Source of the DNA: Octopus sinensis
Taxonomy: Eukaryota
Direction of reading: 5' to 3'
Assembly: GCF_006345805.1 (NCBI RefSeq)
Contig: NC_043004.1
Span: 3,224,001-3,288,000 of the forward strand
DNA: 64,000 nucleotides
Positions 1 through 13,600 of the stretch are shown in pieces. The notes beneath the pieces are model-generated. The model was given only the letters and a program-made list of their open reading frames with translations. It made no database searches and was not told the origin of the DNA. A program made the position numbers and the translations under genes. How positions within the stretch are numbered: position 1 is the stretch's first letter; every line of letters starts with the position of its first letter.

Positions 1-227
1 ATCAAAGTGGCGCTGGGGTACAAAGCCTAATATACCCAACACACACATACTTACACTAATGCGACTCAGTTCCAGTACAAACCAGCCGTTCTTGACTCCA
101 TTTATGCAGACATTCTATCAACAATTTGGTGGCACCTTTTATATTTCACACGAGTCGGAAATTCTTGTAGACAGACACACAGAAACACAGAAACACACAG
201 ACACACAGATACACACAGGCACACACT

Positions 228-774
228 AGGGTGAATCAAAAAGTAATGCCATTTTGTTTAGGACATGTATAATTATCAACACAGGAACATGTATCATACA
301 TCAAAATGAAGCTGGTGCTCTGGGGATCACATCCCTACTTCTCAGCATAGTCATCGTTTCTCTCAATACCAATGTTCCACCTTCGAATGAGAGCATGTAT
401 CCCTGCTCCGTAAAATTTCGTTGACTCTTCTTTGAGCCAATTCTTCACTACAATTTTCAATTCCTCATCACTGGAATAATGTTTGCCTATCAAACCCTCT
501 TTCATAGGGCCAAAGAGATAATAGTTTAGTGACGAGGAAGTGAAAACTGTAGTGAAGAAGTGGCTCAAAGAACAGTCAACAGAATTTTACGGGGCAGGGA
601 TACATGCTCTCATTCGAAGCTGGAACGTTGCTATTGAGAGAAACAGTGATTATGTTGAGAAGTAGGGATGTGATCCACAGAGGACCAGCTTCATTTTCAT
701 GTATGATACATGTTCCTGTGTTGGTAATTATACCTGTGCTAAACAAAATGGTATTACTTTTTGACTCACCCTCG
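228..774. mobile_element. Mariner-derived foldback element (two transposase 3' ends head-to-head)
   Basis: TIRs AGGGTGAATCAAAAAGTAATGCC ... GGTATTACTTTTTGACTCACCCTCG, with TA flanks. Arms ~228-472 and ~528-774 are inverted copies. Both encode a mariner C-terminus (YYLFGPMKEGL..SDEELK..WL..FY.AGIHALIRRW..IERNDDYAEK*). Confidence 0.9.
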
Positions 775-785
775 TAGATAGATAC

Positions 786-856
<71 letters not shown>

Positions 857-1013
857 CATACATACATACATACATACATACATACACACACATACATGCA
901 TACATACATACATACATACATACATACATACATACATACACACACATACATGCATACACACATACATACATACAAACATACATACATACATACATGCATA
1001 CATACATACAAAC
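775..1013. repeat. (GATA)n then (CATA)n microsatellite
   Basis: Directly visible tetranucleotide arrays. Confidence 0.95.
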
Positions 1014-2398
1014 ATGTGTGGATGTAGATGTTATTTTGATTCCCTGTGTATTAATATTAACCGAAATAGGAGGACGGTGAATGCTGCAATATGTACAAAC
1101 ATTGAACACAATAGAATAGGAGAGAAAACAATATGGCGAGAAGAAGAACATTCTTACGTGGAAGGAAAAAAAAGGAACTAGATGAAAACATTAAATAATG
1201 AGAGAAACAATGTCAGTCATGCAACACACCTAATGAACTGATTAGCTTTAAAATAGCATCGCTTTGCTGACGGTTTTATGTCTTCTTTGATTTCATGTAA
1301 TTGGATTTGGTTTTAGCCACAGGTGGACCTTTCGTCAACTGGGAAATTGAAAACACTGGACACCGGCAAAGAAAAGACCACACAAATACACAACACTACA
1401 AAGACTAACGACTTGTCTGCTTTTGTTTTGTTTGTTTTCTGTATTTTTTCCTTGTTTCATCTTTAAAAATATGAGCAATTCATGTGCAAACTGAAATTAA
1501 ATCAGAAAATACAGAATTGTTATATAGTAAGCAAGTTCGTTCGTTCGTTTAGCAACAGAATTTCCTTTAGCAGTTTATATATACGGTTTTATTGCTTTCT
1601 GTTTAAAGCCTTTTTTCTTACATATTCGTTTATTGTACGGCGATAATTTTGAACGAAAAAAAATCAACCTTAATTGTTTGTCGTAAACAATAAATAGCAG
1701 TGAACTACGCCATTGAATGACGATAAAGTTGTTTGGCTTCCAAAGAAATAGTTGTAATTTCCATGTTAGCCATCACGGTTGAAATAGCAGCAAAAGAACC
1801 CTTTATGGACTTCCTATAGGTTGTAATGGAACAGGAGGAAATCTAGGTGATGCGTGATGTAAAAGTTGCGGGGTAACTGCTTCTATAAAAATCCCATCAC
1901 CGAACTTCAAAGGATTCACTGTAGTCCTGTGTGAAAGTCGCCTGGTTATAAAAAACAAGGGAGCGTGAATAACAATCTACCTTTGCAAAATGATATGTAA
2001 TTATACGTGTGCATTGCGTGCGTGTGTACGTGTGTGTGTTCGTGCGATTGTGTGTGTATTCGCCTGAAGTGATATTAAACACGTTCAAGCATTCACACAG
2101 ACACACAGACACACAGACACACCGGCGTGCAGACATGCTCGTACACAAATACACACAAAACATGGACACATTCATTTATATGCGTACTTCCGTCTTTGGG
2201 TATGATGCGTGAACGTATAAATTTCTTTAAATACATTCCTAGATTTTTACATTCAAGCACACACATACACACACATATATATATATATATATATACTTAA
2301 ATGTACATATAATTATACGTATAAATATATATGCATATATATACTTAAATATACATATGCTTGTATATATATACTTATATATATATACTTATTTATAA

Positions 2399-2440
<42 letters not shown>

Positions 2441-2557
2441 CCCATATTCCCTATTAAATATCTATCATACATATATACGTACGCGAGTCTCTGAGTACGT
2501 AACTCTACCTGTTTCTGCGGCCTCCACCCACCTCTCTCTCTTTTCCTATATATATAT

Positions 2558-2611
<54 letters not shown>

Positions 2612-2809
2612 TATATTTATATCTTATGTATAAATATATACTTATATATGTATATACATATATATATATGTACATCTATGTGTATATGTATATATATGTA
2701 TACATGTATATAATGTATGTATTTATGTATATATATGTATATATATGTATATGTATATGTATATATATGTATATGTATATATATATATACATACATACTT
2801 ACATACATC

Positions 2810-2841
<32 letters not shown>

Positions 2842-3391
2842 CTTACATATGTATATATATATATATGCTTGCATATATAAATGTAACTTATGTATATCTA
2901 TAGGGAAGTTAGTTAATACAACGTATGTAAGGAAGAAGAACATGTGAGGAATGCATCTGTTACAAGTCGTTACAGGTAACCAAATAATAATTCAAACCAA
3001 TATATTTTTTGCTGTATATTTAATGTTCTATAATCCCTAACACTGTAGATGGTCCGTTTCAACATAATGTGCAACGTCAGTACAAGAGTAAGATTGCGTT
3101 ATGCTATGTCAATGCAGGGTAGTAGAAGTAAAAGAAGCCTTTGTTTTGGTTCGTTTGTGTCTGTACGCATAGTGCGTGCATCATGGAATGCACAGGTCTA
3201 GGGAAAATGTAACAGAAAAAAAAATCAGAGGGATAAATGTGTGTTTTGGAAAACCTTATTTTGGAAGGGAAAAAAGAAAGTCAAGATCGATTGAAAGTGA
3301 TTTTGTGTGTGTGTTTGTGTGAGAGAGTGTTCGAAAAGATCAACCTGGGAGCAAAATGACCAAAGGTCGATATGCAAGTGCGTTGCATGAG

Positions 3392-3858
3392 TGCGGTTGT
3401 GAACAGCGGTTGTGAACGGCTGTTACAAACGGCGTTTACAAACGGCGGTTACAAACGGCGGTTACAAACGGTGGTTGTGAACAGCGGTTGCGATCGGCGG
3501 TTGTGAAGGCGGTTGTGAACTGCGGTTGTGAACGTCGGTTGTGAACTGCGATTGTGAACTGCGGTTGTGAACGGCGGTTGTGAACGGTGGCTGCGAACGG
3601 CGGTTGCGAACGGTGGTTGTGAACGGCGGTTGTGAACGGTGGTTTTGAACAGCGGTTGTGAACGGGGGTTGCAAACAGCGGTTGCAAACGGCGGCTGTGA
3701 ACGGCGGTTGCAAAAGGCGGTTGTGAACGGCGGCTGTGAACGGCGGCTGTGAACGGCGGCTGTGAACGGCTCTTGCAAATGGCGATTGTGAACGGCGGTT
3801 GCAAACGGTAGTTGTGAACGGCGGTTGCAAATGGTGGTTGAGAACGGCGGCTGTGAAA
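3392..3858. repeat. GC-rich 13-bp minisatellite (GGCGGTTGTGAAC)n
   Basis: About 35 tandem degenerate copies; explains the QPPFTTAVHNRRS ORFs. Confidence 0.95.
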
Positions 3859-3974
3859 GTTAGTAGAGGAAGAGTGTGAATGCGTGTCGTTTATAAGCTA
3901 CAGCGCCGGCGAGAAGGTGTTGGGTATGATTTGTATCTGTGTGGGTTCCTTAATCGATGTGTTTAGATGTTCAT

Positions 3975-4180
3975 TTCTACTCTAGGCACAAGACCCGAAA
4001 TTTTGGGGAAGGGGGCCAGTCGATTAGATCGATCCCAGTACGCAACTGGTATTTAATTTATCGACCTCGAAATGATGAAAGCAAAGACGACCTCGGCGGA
4101 ATTTGAACTCAGAACGTAGCGGCAGACGAAATACCGCTAAGCATTTCGCCCGGTGCGATAACGCTTCTGCCAGTCGCCGC
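3975..4180 (-). mobile_element. tRNA-derived SINE family A, monomer
   Basis: Head GCGGCGA(G)CTGGCAGAA.CGTTA, B-box-like GAGTTCAAATTCC, central GCTTTCATC.TTTCG.GGTCGATAAATTAA.TACCAG, tail CCAAAATTTCGGG.CTTGTGCCTAGAGTAGAAA. Confidence 0.9.
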
Positions 4181-5081
4181 TTTAGACATATATACATGTT
4201 CTGTATATATCTGAGGGCGCATAGCAAAAGTGGGTGTGTGTGTATTCGATTGAAAGTTGTGAGAGCATGTGGAATACGTACGAGTGTCAAACGATGATAT
4301 TTATGTGTGAGTGTGAGTATGTGAGTGAGTGTGTGTGTGTGTGTGTGTTTGTGTGTGTGTTGATATTTGTCATGTAGTTATATGCATGCGCGATGTGTTG
4401 AGTGCAGCTCTTTGAGTGCGGCATGAGTCTATTACGAAGTATGTTACGGAGTGCATGTGCGTATATGTGCCTGGGACTGTGTGTGTACGTTTTGGCGAAT
4501 GTGTGCATTTCGCATCTGCGCGCGTGTTTATGTGTGCTGGACGTAAGTATTGAATGTGGGTGCGCGCGTATGTGAGCCTATATCTCTATGTGCGCTGGAT
4601 ATGCTGGTGAGTTGAGTGTGTGTGTATGCGTATATGTAACGTGTGGTGTTTTTATGCATGCGTATACGTACAGTGCAGTATGTGGGTGGATTGCGTGTCT
4701 ATGTATGCGTGCTTCTTCTGTGTGTTTATGTATGGTGTCTGTAGAGTACAAGTGATGTGTGTAGTGTAAGTATTATGTGTATGTAAATGCGCATTGCTCG
4801 ATGATGTGTGTTGTGGGTGCACTGACTGTGCGTGGGGGATGCGGCCACCCGTATGAGTGAATGAGTGAAAGTAACAGAGTGCGTTTGTATGTGGTTGGGT
4901 GTACGTTATTCCATGAGACGTGTATGTTAACCGAGAGAGCCTCCGCTCCGATGTTGTATAATCAGTACGGGGATTTACAAAATGTTGGTTTGGGAATTTA
5001 GGCCAAAGAGAGCGGCGTTCGGAGAAGGAATGCGTGTTTTTAGCACCTTCTGGAAATGAGAAGCAATATTTGACCCGGCTA

Positions 5082-5720
5082 GGGCGGCGAGCTAGCAGAA
5101 ACGTTAGCGCGCCGGGCGAAATGCTTAACGACATTTCGTCTGCCGTTACGTTCTGAGTTCAAATTCCGCTGAGGCCGACTTTGCCTTTCATCCTTTCGGG
5201 GTCGATTAAACAAGTACCAGTTACGTACTGGGGTCGATATAATCGACTTAATCCGTTTGTCTGTCCTTGTTTTTTGTTCTCTCTGTGTTTAGCCTCTTGT
5301 GGGTAGTAAAGAAATAGGTATTTCGTCTGCCGTTACGTTCTAAGTTCAAATTCCGTGAGGTCGGCTTTGCTTTTCATCCTTTAGGGGTCGATTAAACAAG
5401 TACCAGTTACGCACTTGGGTCGATATAATCGACTTAATCCGTTTGTCTGTCCTTGTTTGTCCTCTCTGTGTTTAGCCCCTTGTGGGTAGTAAAAAAATAG
5501 GTATTTCGTCTGCCATTACGTTCTAAGTTCAAATTCCGCCGAGGTCGACTTTGCTTTTCATCCTTTAGGGGTCGATAAATTAAGTACCAGTTACGCACTG
5601 GGATTGATGTAATCCTTTCGGATGAAAGGCAAAGTCGAGCTTTGTGTACCGCGGTCGATCTAATGGACTGGACTCCTCCCCAAAAATTTCGGACCTTGTG
5701 CCTAGAGTAGAAAAGAATAT
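5082..5720 (+). mobile_element. SINE family A multimer (head, three core units, small internal inversion, tail)
   Basis: Full head at 5082. 183-nt units restart at 5317 and 5500 after ...GTAAAGAAATA. An inverted GGATGAAAGGCAAAGTCGA piece lies near 5620. Confidence 0.9.
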
Positions 5721-5915
5721 TTGACTCAGCTCTGTACGTTTTAAATTCACCTACAATGACGCTGGTGCGAAGCTGTATCGATGGTTAACTTTCTTGGGAA
5801 AGATTGTCGAGTACGGCTGACAAAATTCTGGTCTCTTATACATAATGGAAACAGAATTTGTACCTGTAAAATTCATTTTTAAAAGGTGACAAAAAGAAAC
5901 ATATATATGCATATA

Positions 5916-6078
5916 GGTGCAGGTATGGCCGTGTGGAAAGAAGCTTGCTTTCTAACAAAATGGTTTGGGGTCCGGTTCCACTGCTTGGTGTCCTTGCTAA
6001 GTGTCGTCTACCATAGCCCCAGGCCTACCAAAGCCTTGTCAGTGGATTTGGTAGACGGAAACTGAAAGAAGCTCGTCG
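5916..6078 (+). mobile_element. CORE-type tRNA SINE (family B), 5' half
   Basis: Matches the 5' half of the full copy at 41980-42395 (GCCTTGT.AGTGGATTTGGTAGACGGAAACTGAAAGAAGC). Confidence 0.85.
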
Positions 6079-6117
<39 letters not shown>

Positions 6118-6269
6118 GTCCACTTCTTACTAAATAGCAGATGACCAAACGATATGAAAGATCACCAGATCTGGACTGTGAGCTGTGGAATATTGGCAAA
6201 CCTTTGGTTTCAGCGGCGAGATCATGAGTCAGATTATAAATGATTGCCCAATAGTAGTAGATGTCCATC

Positions 6270-6760
6270 CGATAACATCAGACATTTCTGAAAACCACCA
6301 AAACATCAGGCGCTAATAATGATCTGGGCATGATTTTAGTTAAGGGAGAAACTGTATGTAGTCATGAGTCAGATTGTTGAAGGTAAGTTTGATCGTGAAC
6401 GTTAAAGGACACATCGAGTGTCGTGTGTTTCCAAATTGTGCCGGCATTATTCAGCAAGATAACACACCAGTTCGTGTTAACAAGAATCCAATGGATTCCT
6501 TTCGTCAACATGGAGTAACATCACTTGATTGGCCTCCGTCTTCACCAGATTTAAATCTAAATACCTCTGGAACATACGCAAAATGTGAATAAAGCCACTG
6601 CGACTTCGAATGAAAGAAGAAATCATTCAATCTTTTGTTCAATTGCGGCACAGAGTTTAATGAAATAAAGAAAATGTGCGAAAATCTGGTGGAATATAAA
6701 CCATGGAGAATAAATGCTGTTGATCCTTCTGATGGAGATCCAATAAAATATTGGACGTAA
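6270..6760 (+). pseudogene. Decayed Tc1-family transposase (DDE_3) fragment
   Basis: IIQQDNTPV...LDWPPSSPDLN motif, with upstream MIWA.FS; stops and frameshifts. Confidence 0.85.
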
Positions 6761-6971
6761 CTGAAATTACTTTTTCTCTCTACTTAATTTCTAAAAGTCG
6801 GTTTGAAAGTTACACTCACGTTGATTATTAAATTATTGCTAAAAATTAGAAATATATCATTTTAGACTTCTTGCAAACTTACTGTCACATACTGTATATG
6901 TTTGTGTGTGTGCATGTGTGTGCGTGTACATACTACATAACAAATATATCTATATATATACACACACACAC

Positions 6972-7004
<33 letters not shown>

Positions 7005-8723
7005 TGTGTATACTTATATATACACACACGCGAAAAGGCAAACACGTACGCACTCTCATTTACATGTGTTGTGCATGTATGTTTATGTACATGTGTAAAT
7101 TGATAATGTTTTAATTCTGTCTGCGAGCCTTATATCTATATCAATTTGGTTACAGAATCCCCTCAAGAATTATTTTTGGTTTGCAAATCTGCAAACATTA
7201 TTTTGGTTAAATATTTTCTAACATGATTTTCCATTCCTTATCTTTTGAAAAAAGAAAAATTACCCAAGGTAACATTCGTAAGATATTTTCAAACATATTT
7301 TTAGTTTTTCTCTTAAGAAGAGAGTTATATAAATTCGATATTGCTTAATAATTTTGTTAAGGAATATTTTATTAGAAAATTATTGAAGTGAGTTCGAGTG
7401 GGTAGGGTTCGGCTTTGTAGTCGTAGGTTCAGCATTTTGTTTCCCATCACTAAGTTTTTAGTCTCTTTCCGGTGTGTGGAATTATCTTATATATTATCCA
7501 ATACATTTAGCTTCGAATTCATACCAACCGTAACATTGTGAGCATTCAGGATTATAATAAAGTATTTGGCGTGTGTAGTGAAAACATTTAGAAAGTGCTT
7601 CACATGACTAACTTACACTAATCCAAGAAAATATTTTTCTCTAGCAAAAAACAACGTTTATTTAATAATTCATTCAAATTTCATAAGGGTCCAGCAATAC
7701 CCTAAATCTTCTGCAGTTGTTATTGAAATCCCTTTTGTAAACAGATCAAGCAGAGTTATGATCGAAGGCGCTAAAATATTGCCATAGCAAGTATTTTAAT
7801 ATTCAGGCCATTATTACCTGTATCAGGTGCATTGTTAGATTATAGGTTTGTAATGTTAGGAGCTTCGCGTTGGAATTTCTGGTGCTTTTCTAGTGAGTTC
7901 CACATTGGTTCCATGTTAAAGATTTCTTTAATATTAGATATAATCAAACTTCAATAGCTAAAACTAGGCCAAAATTTTCAATAACAGAACTGATTTCATT
8001 TCAGTAAGATTCTGTTGGAACAATTTTTATAGGATCTTTGTAACACGTTGATCTCTGCCAAAATATACAAAACATTCCACCGAAGTGTAAACTCGGCAGA
8101 TCCTTATTGTAAGTTTTTAAACGGCGATTTCCTCACCAGGGTCCCCATATTACACGAAGAACGTCGTTTCGTTGTGAACGCGTAGTGTTATCTCAAAAAG
8201 TATTTTCCCACATGACTATATGTATCGCGGCATATATAGGATTTTACTTCCTATCCAAAATAATGAAGTTATATATTTTGGTTTCCATTATACTACAACA
8301 CGTGTGCGTTTTAAATTTAGTGAATGTCCACCGACTATGCTAGCGGCGATTTTTCCTTCTTTCTAAATCGTTGAAACGATTGCCTCTTTTGTATGAAACC
8401 ATTACACAATGTCTGTGCTTGATGATCTCAAATATAAGATCTTTTCTGCCCTGATGACGGACGTTCGATTTAGTCAATGCTGATTGCTACCATAACGGCC
8501 GTCGATTGTGATAAACTACATCTACCAACATTCTGATGGATCTCCGCCACACCAGAAACAGCCGTTGGACTTATGTCATCTTTCCTCCTCCCAATTAGTT
8601 TTCCCTAACGCTTGTACTATTAATATAAATATTTGTATATTTATACTTTTTGCTTTCTCTAGTTTTGCATGTGTGTGTATATATATAATATAATATATAT
8701 ATATATACACACACGCACTCGCA

Positions 8724-8754
<31 letters not shown>

Positions 8755-8755
8755 T

Positions 8756-8823
<68 letters not shown>

Positions 8824-8910
8824 TATTTATCCTCCGATTTTAAAGCGATAATTTTTAAGTATAAACAAATGACCGGGTTTGTTTATAAAAGTATTATTTA
8901 TGTAGTTATA

Positions 8911-8946
<36 letters not shown>

Positions 8947-8948
8947 TG

Positions 8949-8981
<33 letters not shown>

Positions 8982-9779
8982 TTGTGTGTGTGTGTAAATA
9001 TATATATATACAGCACTTTGCAATATTCCACAAAAAGGAGAATTACAAATGTCACTAAATGCGTCTAGGATGCTAGGAAAAAACTACATTACAAGAAACA
9101 AAAGCAAAACCGTTCGAATGTTGTTCTTAACGCAATTGAATGAAAACATATACACTAACAGGGACCATAATCGTCCGAAAAGTGCCGATCGAGAATTTTT
9201 AATACTGACTCGTCCGTTTCAATTTACCGTCAATTTTTCACTTGTAGAAATAATAAAAATCAAATAAAATATAAATATGGCACTGTATTGAAACAAATTC
9301 AACGATTCTTCAATTTAATCTGCTTAAAAATAAATATCACTACATAATACGAACGAACCGTTCCAACCATTTACTCACCTCTAGTACTGTCTCTGTATTT
9401 CAACTATCATATTTCTTCCCAAATATATTGGTTTTAAATATCGGCATATAGAAACTTTTAGGGCTACGGAAAAGTAATGACTCATTGCATGTAACTTGTA
9501 TGAAACATGTCGCAAATTGTTAGCAATAATATTTTCCCTCCCCGAAAGCAGTTTTCTGATTCCTCGGGGAAGAAAACAAGCTTCTTTGGACTTGATAAAC
9601 GTCTGTAGTGTTATTTTGATAATGTCACTTCTTCTGAATACGTAGTTACTGGAAAGGGACAGGAATATGTGAAAATGTGATGGTTGTACGTTTGTGTGCA
9701 GGGAGAATAATATAGAGACCCGTAGCCTAATAGATTACTCTTTTCGTGTGTTATTTTCATGAAGGCACTGATCTATTCT

Positions 9780-9990
9780 CAAAGACCAACTCGTGAGATA
9801 CACGATTCACTTCTTTATATAGTTTTCCCAATCTGCTTCAGATGACCATGCGCAGTGGACCGAGATTTAGCAAACTTCCGGGATAAGTCCCCGATACTTT
9901 GACGCGGATTCTATTATGGTGTGACATTAGGCTATTTCCATGAAAATACGATACTACTTTTTGGTACCCATGATTATTTCTGGGAAAGAG
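9780..9990 (-). pseudogene. Decayed mariner transposase N-terminal fragment
   Basis: Minus frame NPRQSIGDLSRKFAKSRSTAHGHLKQIGK (second HTH); shares DNA similarity with 18780-18820. Confidence 0.55.
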
Positions 9991-10178
9991 ATATCCAGTG
10001 AAATGGAACTCAATATCTGGATACTTATGTATAGTCTATGGAAGGACAAAAGTGGGGATGAAATTTGAACAAAATACCGACGTATATTTTATACGATGCT
10101 CAAACAATTCTCAAGTTTAAAACGTTCAGTTCTTCCCCATCATATTGAAGCTCACTCTAGTATGAAATATCATATACA

Positions 10179-10250
<72 letters not shown>

Positions 10251-10502
10251 AATAAATGCGCCCATTTAAAGCCTAGCCAGGCTCATGGGCCCAGTTTCCC
10301 GGTTTCTATGGCGTACGTGTTCCCTAGCTGGACGGGACGCCGATCCATTGCATCGTTACTCATTTTTGCCAGCCGAGTGGATTGGAGCAACGTGAAATGA
10401 AATGTTTTGCTCAAGAACGCAACGCGTAGCCTGGCCCAGGAATTGAAACCACAATCTTACGATCATGATGCTGACACCCTAACCACTAAGCCACGCGCCT
10501 CC
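10251..10502 (-). mobile_element. V-SINE-like tRNA SINE (family C), full length
   Basis: GGAGGCGCGTGGCTTAGTGGTTAG A-box, GGTTTCAATTCC B-box, TTCTTGAGCAA and GCAATGGATCGGCGTCCCGTCCAG V-domain-like motifs; ends at (AAT)n. Confidence 0.85.
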
Positions 10503-10503
10503 A

Positions 10504-10553
<50 letters not shown>

Positions 10554-10607
10554 CATATATATGTATGTATGCATATATGTATATATATGTATATATATAT
10601 ATGTGTG

Positions 10608-10661
<54 letters not shown>

Positions 10662-13600
10662 ATATATGTATGTGTATGTGTGTGTGTGTGTTTGTATATA
10701 TATATATATATTGATTCAGAGAAAATAACTTTAAAACAAAACGCCGACAGTTGTAATTGAAAAACTTTCATTCGGCAAACTTAGCAACATACTTTTATTT
10801 TTGCTGAGTTTCCAGACGATACTTTTTTCCAAGAATGATATCTAAAACATAAATTAGAAATTGATGGTTATTTCTCAATGAAATAATTTTACGATAGTTG
10901 CACTGCAAGAATTTTTAAATGTCCAACATAGTTCTTTTTTTTTTTTTGTACGTACGCTGGGATACTTCGTCGACTTTTAATCATTATAGCGCTATCAAAA
11001 TACGTTGTGGCAACAATAATACTAGTGTTGCTAATCTGGTTTTGTTTTTTGTTGTTTTGTTCTTTTCCTTTGCTTTTTTTTTAATTTTCGTTTCCTTTCT
11101 TTTTGCTGGTAGAGATGTAGGGAAAAGAAAAAAATAATCAAATATTTATCGAATTAAAATTTGTACTGAGTAACAACTAATATTTTCTGCTCGATGAATG
11201 CCAGGACAAAATTGTTGGAAGAAAACAGCAGATAAGAATCATCGATGGCGTGTCCGGTTTTGCAGAATACAATGAATAATTGTATATTAAATGAATATTA
11301 AAAAAAAACCCCACATATAATAGAAAATCGCCCTGGACAGAAATGAAATATCATAGCGATTGCAATTAATACAGCAATGAATTCTTATCGCGAGTTTTCA
11401 GTTCCATTTCTGATCATATGTTCCTGAAGATGGCTTTAATAATGCTGGAATCAAAAACATAAATTTGTGAGAAAGAAATATTTATTGTCTATATTAATTG
11501 TCTATATTTTCATTTAAATGAGAAACGATAGTCGATTTTCTTTTCACTGAATAAATACGTTTATTTTTTCCTTTTCTCTCTTTTAAACAAGATATTGTAT
11601 TAACTTTACTCAACCATTTAACCATTATGCAGGAAAAGAGTATATGGGAGCAGAGGAGGTAGTTGTTGGGGTGGAGATGAGGCGTTAGGGTGTTGGTGTT
11701 GGTGCTGGTTTGGTAGTGGTGCTGGTGTTATTGGTGCTTCTGGTGCTGGTGCTGGTAACGTTAGTTGTAGCTAATTGTCGAGCGCCAAATAATGTACGTG
11801 TTTGCTGGAGCAACTCTAACGACCCTGCTATATTAACTCATTACTACAAGGTAACATAACCTTCATCAATTGGGAATTGCTTTCCCAAGGCACAGTGGTG
11901 AATCATAGCAAGAACCCTTCAGTGTATCCATGAGTCAAAATCATTTAATCCGTCGATCATAGAACACCGGTAACGATACACGACATATGCATTATTACAC
12001 TGCAACCCGCCTTTCTATTGTCTCAAACCCCAACAACATTCAAACGCTAATTACCAGAGACACCTAAATTAATGTCTATTGTTCAATGACGAGTAATGGG
12101 TACTTGTAAATATTTACAGAATGGAGACACGGACGTATAAACATAGGTCATGAATTAAACGATTGATGTAAAACAAATTGAAATATTCTCAGTTATTGAC
12201 AGGGACATTTGTGAACCATGTTTAGACTCCATATCATGTCGAAAGCTACAGAAATATAAATCACACAGTTTGTATAGAACACCATTTAATCGCTCGTAAT
12301 GCTTCCAAATATTAGGGCGTTTGTTTTTACTTCGAACTAAATTCTCTAGTCTCCTGGTTTTTTTTTTTCTTTTACGGTAGTCCGCTTTTAGTAGTCTTTC
12401 CTGTCCTGGTCTATAGTTGCAAGACTTGGTCACTGCCCAGGGTCCTTAATATCCACATAAACTTCTTTGGTACCAGGACGCTTCGCAGGATTATGGGTCA
12501 CCATTCCTCGAATTCCCTGTCGAAACGACGACTCAGAAATTGGGATGAGTCATGTTATTTGTATGATTGTATATATACATTTAACTGCAATCGGTCAATG
12601 GAGAAAACATTTAGTTAAGGCGCCATGCAGTAGAATTGAACCCGTGACTACGTGTTTGCAAAACAAACTTATCTACAACGCTATGAGTGCTCCTTTAAAA
12701 CACAGTCTGAAGAAATATTTGCTCGCTATATCTAGGAAGTTGAACCACCATGAAGATGTAATTTTGCTATGTTTCGGTGGTCCTCATTGACTGCGCTTTT
12801 CATCAAGTAGATATCATTTCTCCGCAAGCATTCGACATATTTATCACGTGGCAATACACTGATTAGAAACTGGAGAAGCGGAGTAAAACACGACACGAAT
12901 TTCTCTTCACCTGTAAAAAAATACGTAAACGCAAACGAAAGAAGGGTTACTTAAGCGAGAACTGCTGGTGACACTTTATCGTCCAACAAGTTTAACAACG
13001 TCTTTGTTTCTTTTGAGAGCCACAACAGACAAAGAAACAGTTATTCAGATTGTTCTGTTGTCGCAGTGAAAGACGCTTGTGTTAAAGGTCAGTCAGCTGA
13101 GTCTAATGGTATTCGCTTTGGAATGACCAGTTGACAATGCAATATTTTGGGTGACACACACTTAGATCATTTTTCTCGGACTTCATATGTGAATTTATAA
13201 GTGTATGTATGTATGAATGTATGTACGCATGTGTGTATATATGTATATTTCATGTATGTATCTATGTGTGTATGTACAAACATACACACACATAGATATA
13301 TGTGAGTGTCTGTGTTTGTCTGTTTTATATACGTGGTTATGTTTAGCGAGGTAAAACTGGTTGTAGCAAACATTGGTGAATGTTTTGTGAATTGGCCAAA
13401 TTGTGAGAACGTCGGCGGACGAAACGCTTTGCAATGTTTAGTTACAGCCTTTTACTTTCTAAGTTCAAATCCCATCGAAGCCCACTTTGCGTATCATCGT
13501 TCCCTCTAACATAAAAATAAGGCTTTACCAGTAATATACTGCTCCGATTTAATTGATTATACTATCTGCCAAAATATGTAATTTTGTGCAGATCATAGAA

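Noticed and set aside
3392-3858. CRISPR-like array
   Set aside because: Contiguous 13-bp units with no unique spacers, no cas genes, eukaryotic context.
9371-9470. Minus-strand exon with AG|GTGAGT donor
   Set aside because: Overlaps a decayed SINE-like tail; the phase-1 frame has a stop before the donor.
11420-11455. CTGAAGATGGC...GCTGGAATC hammerhead remnant
   Set aside because: No GAAA, and no stem I or III.
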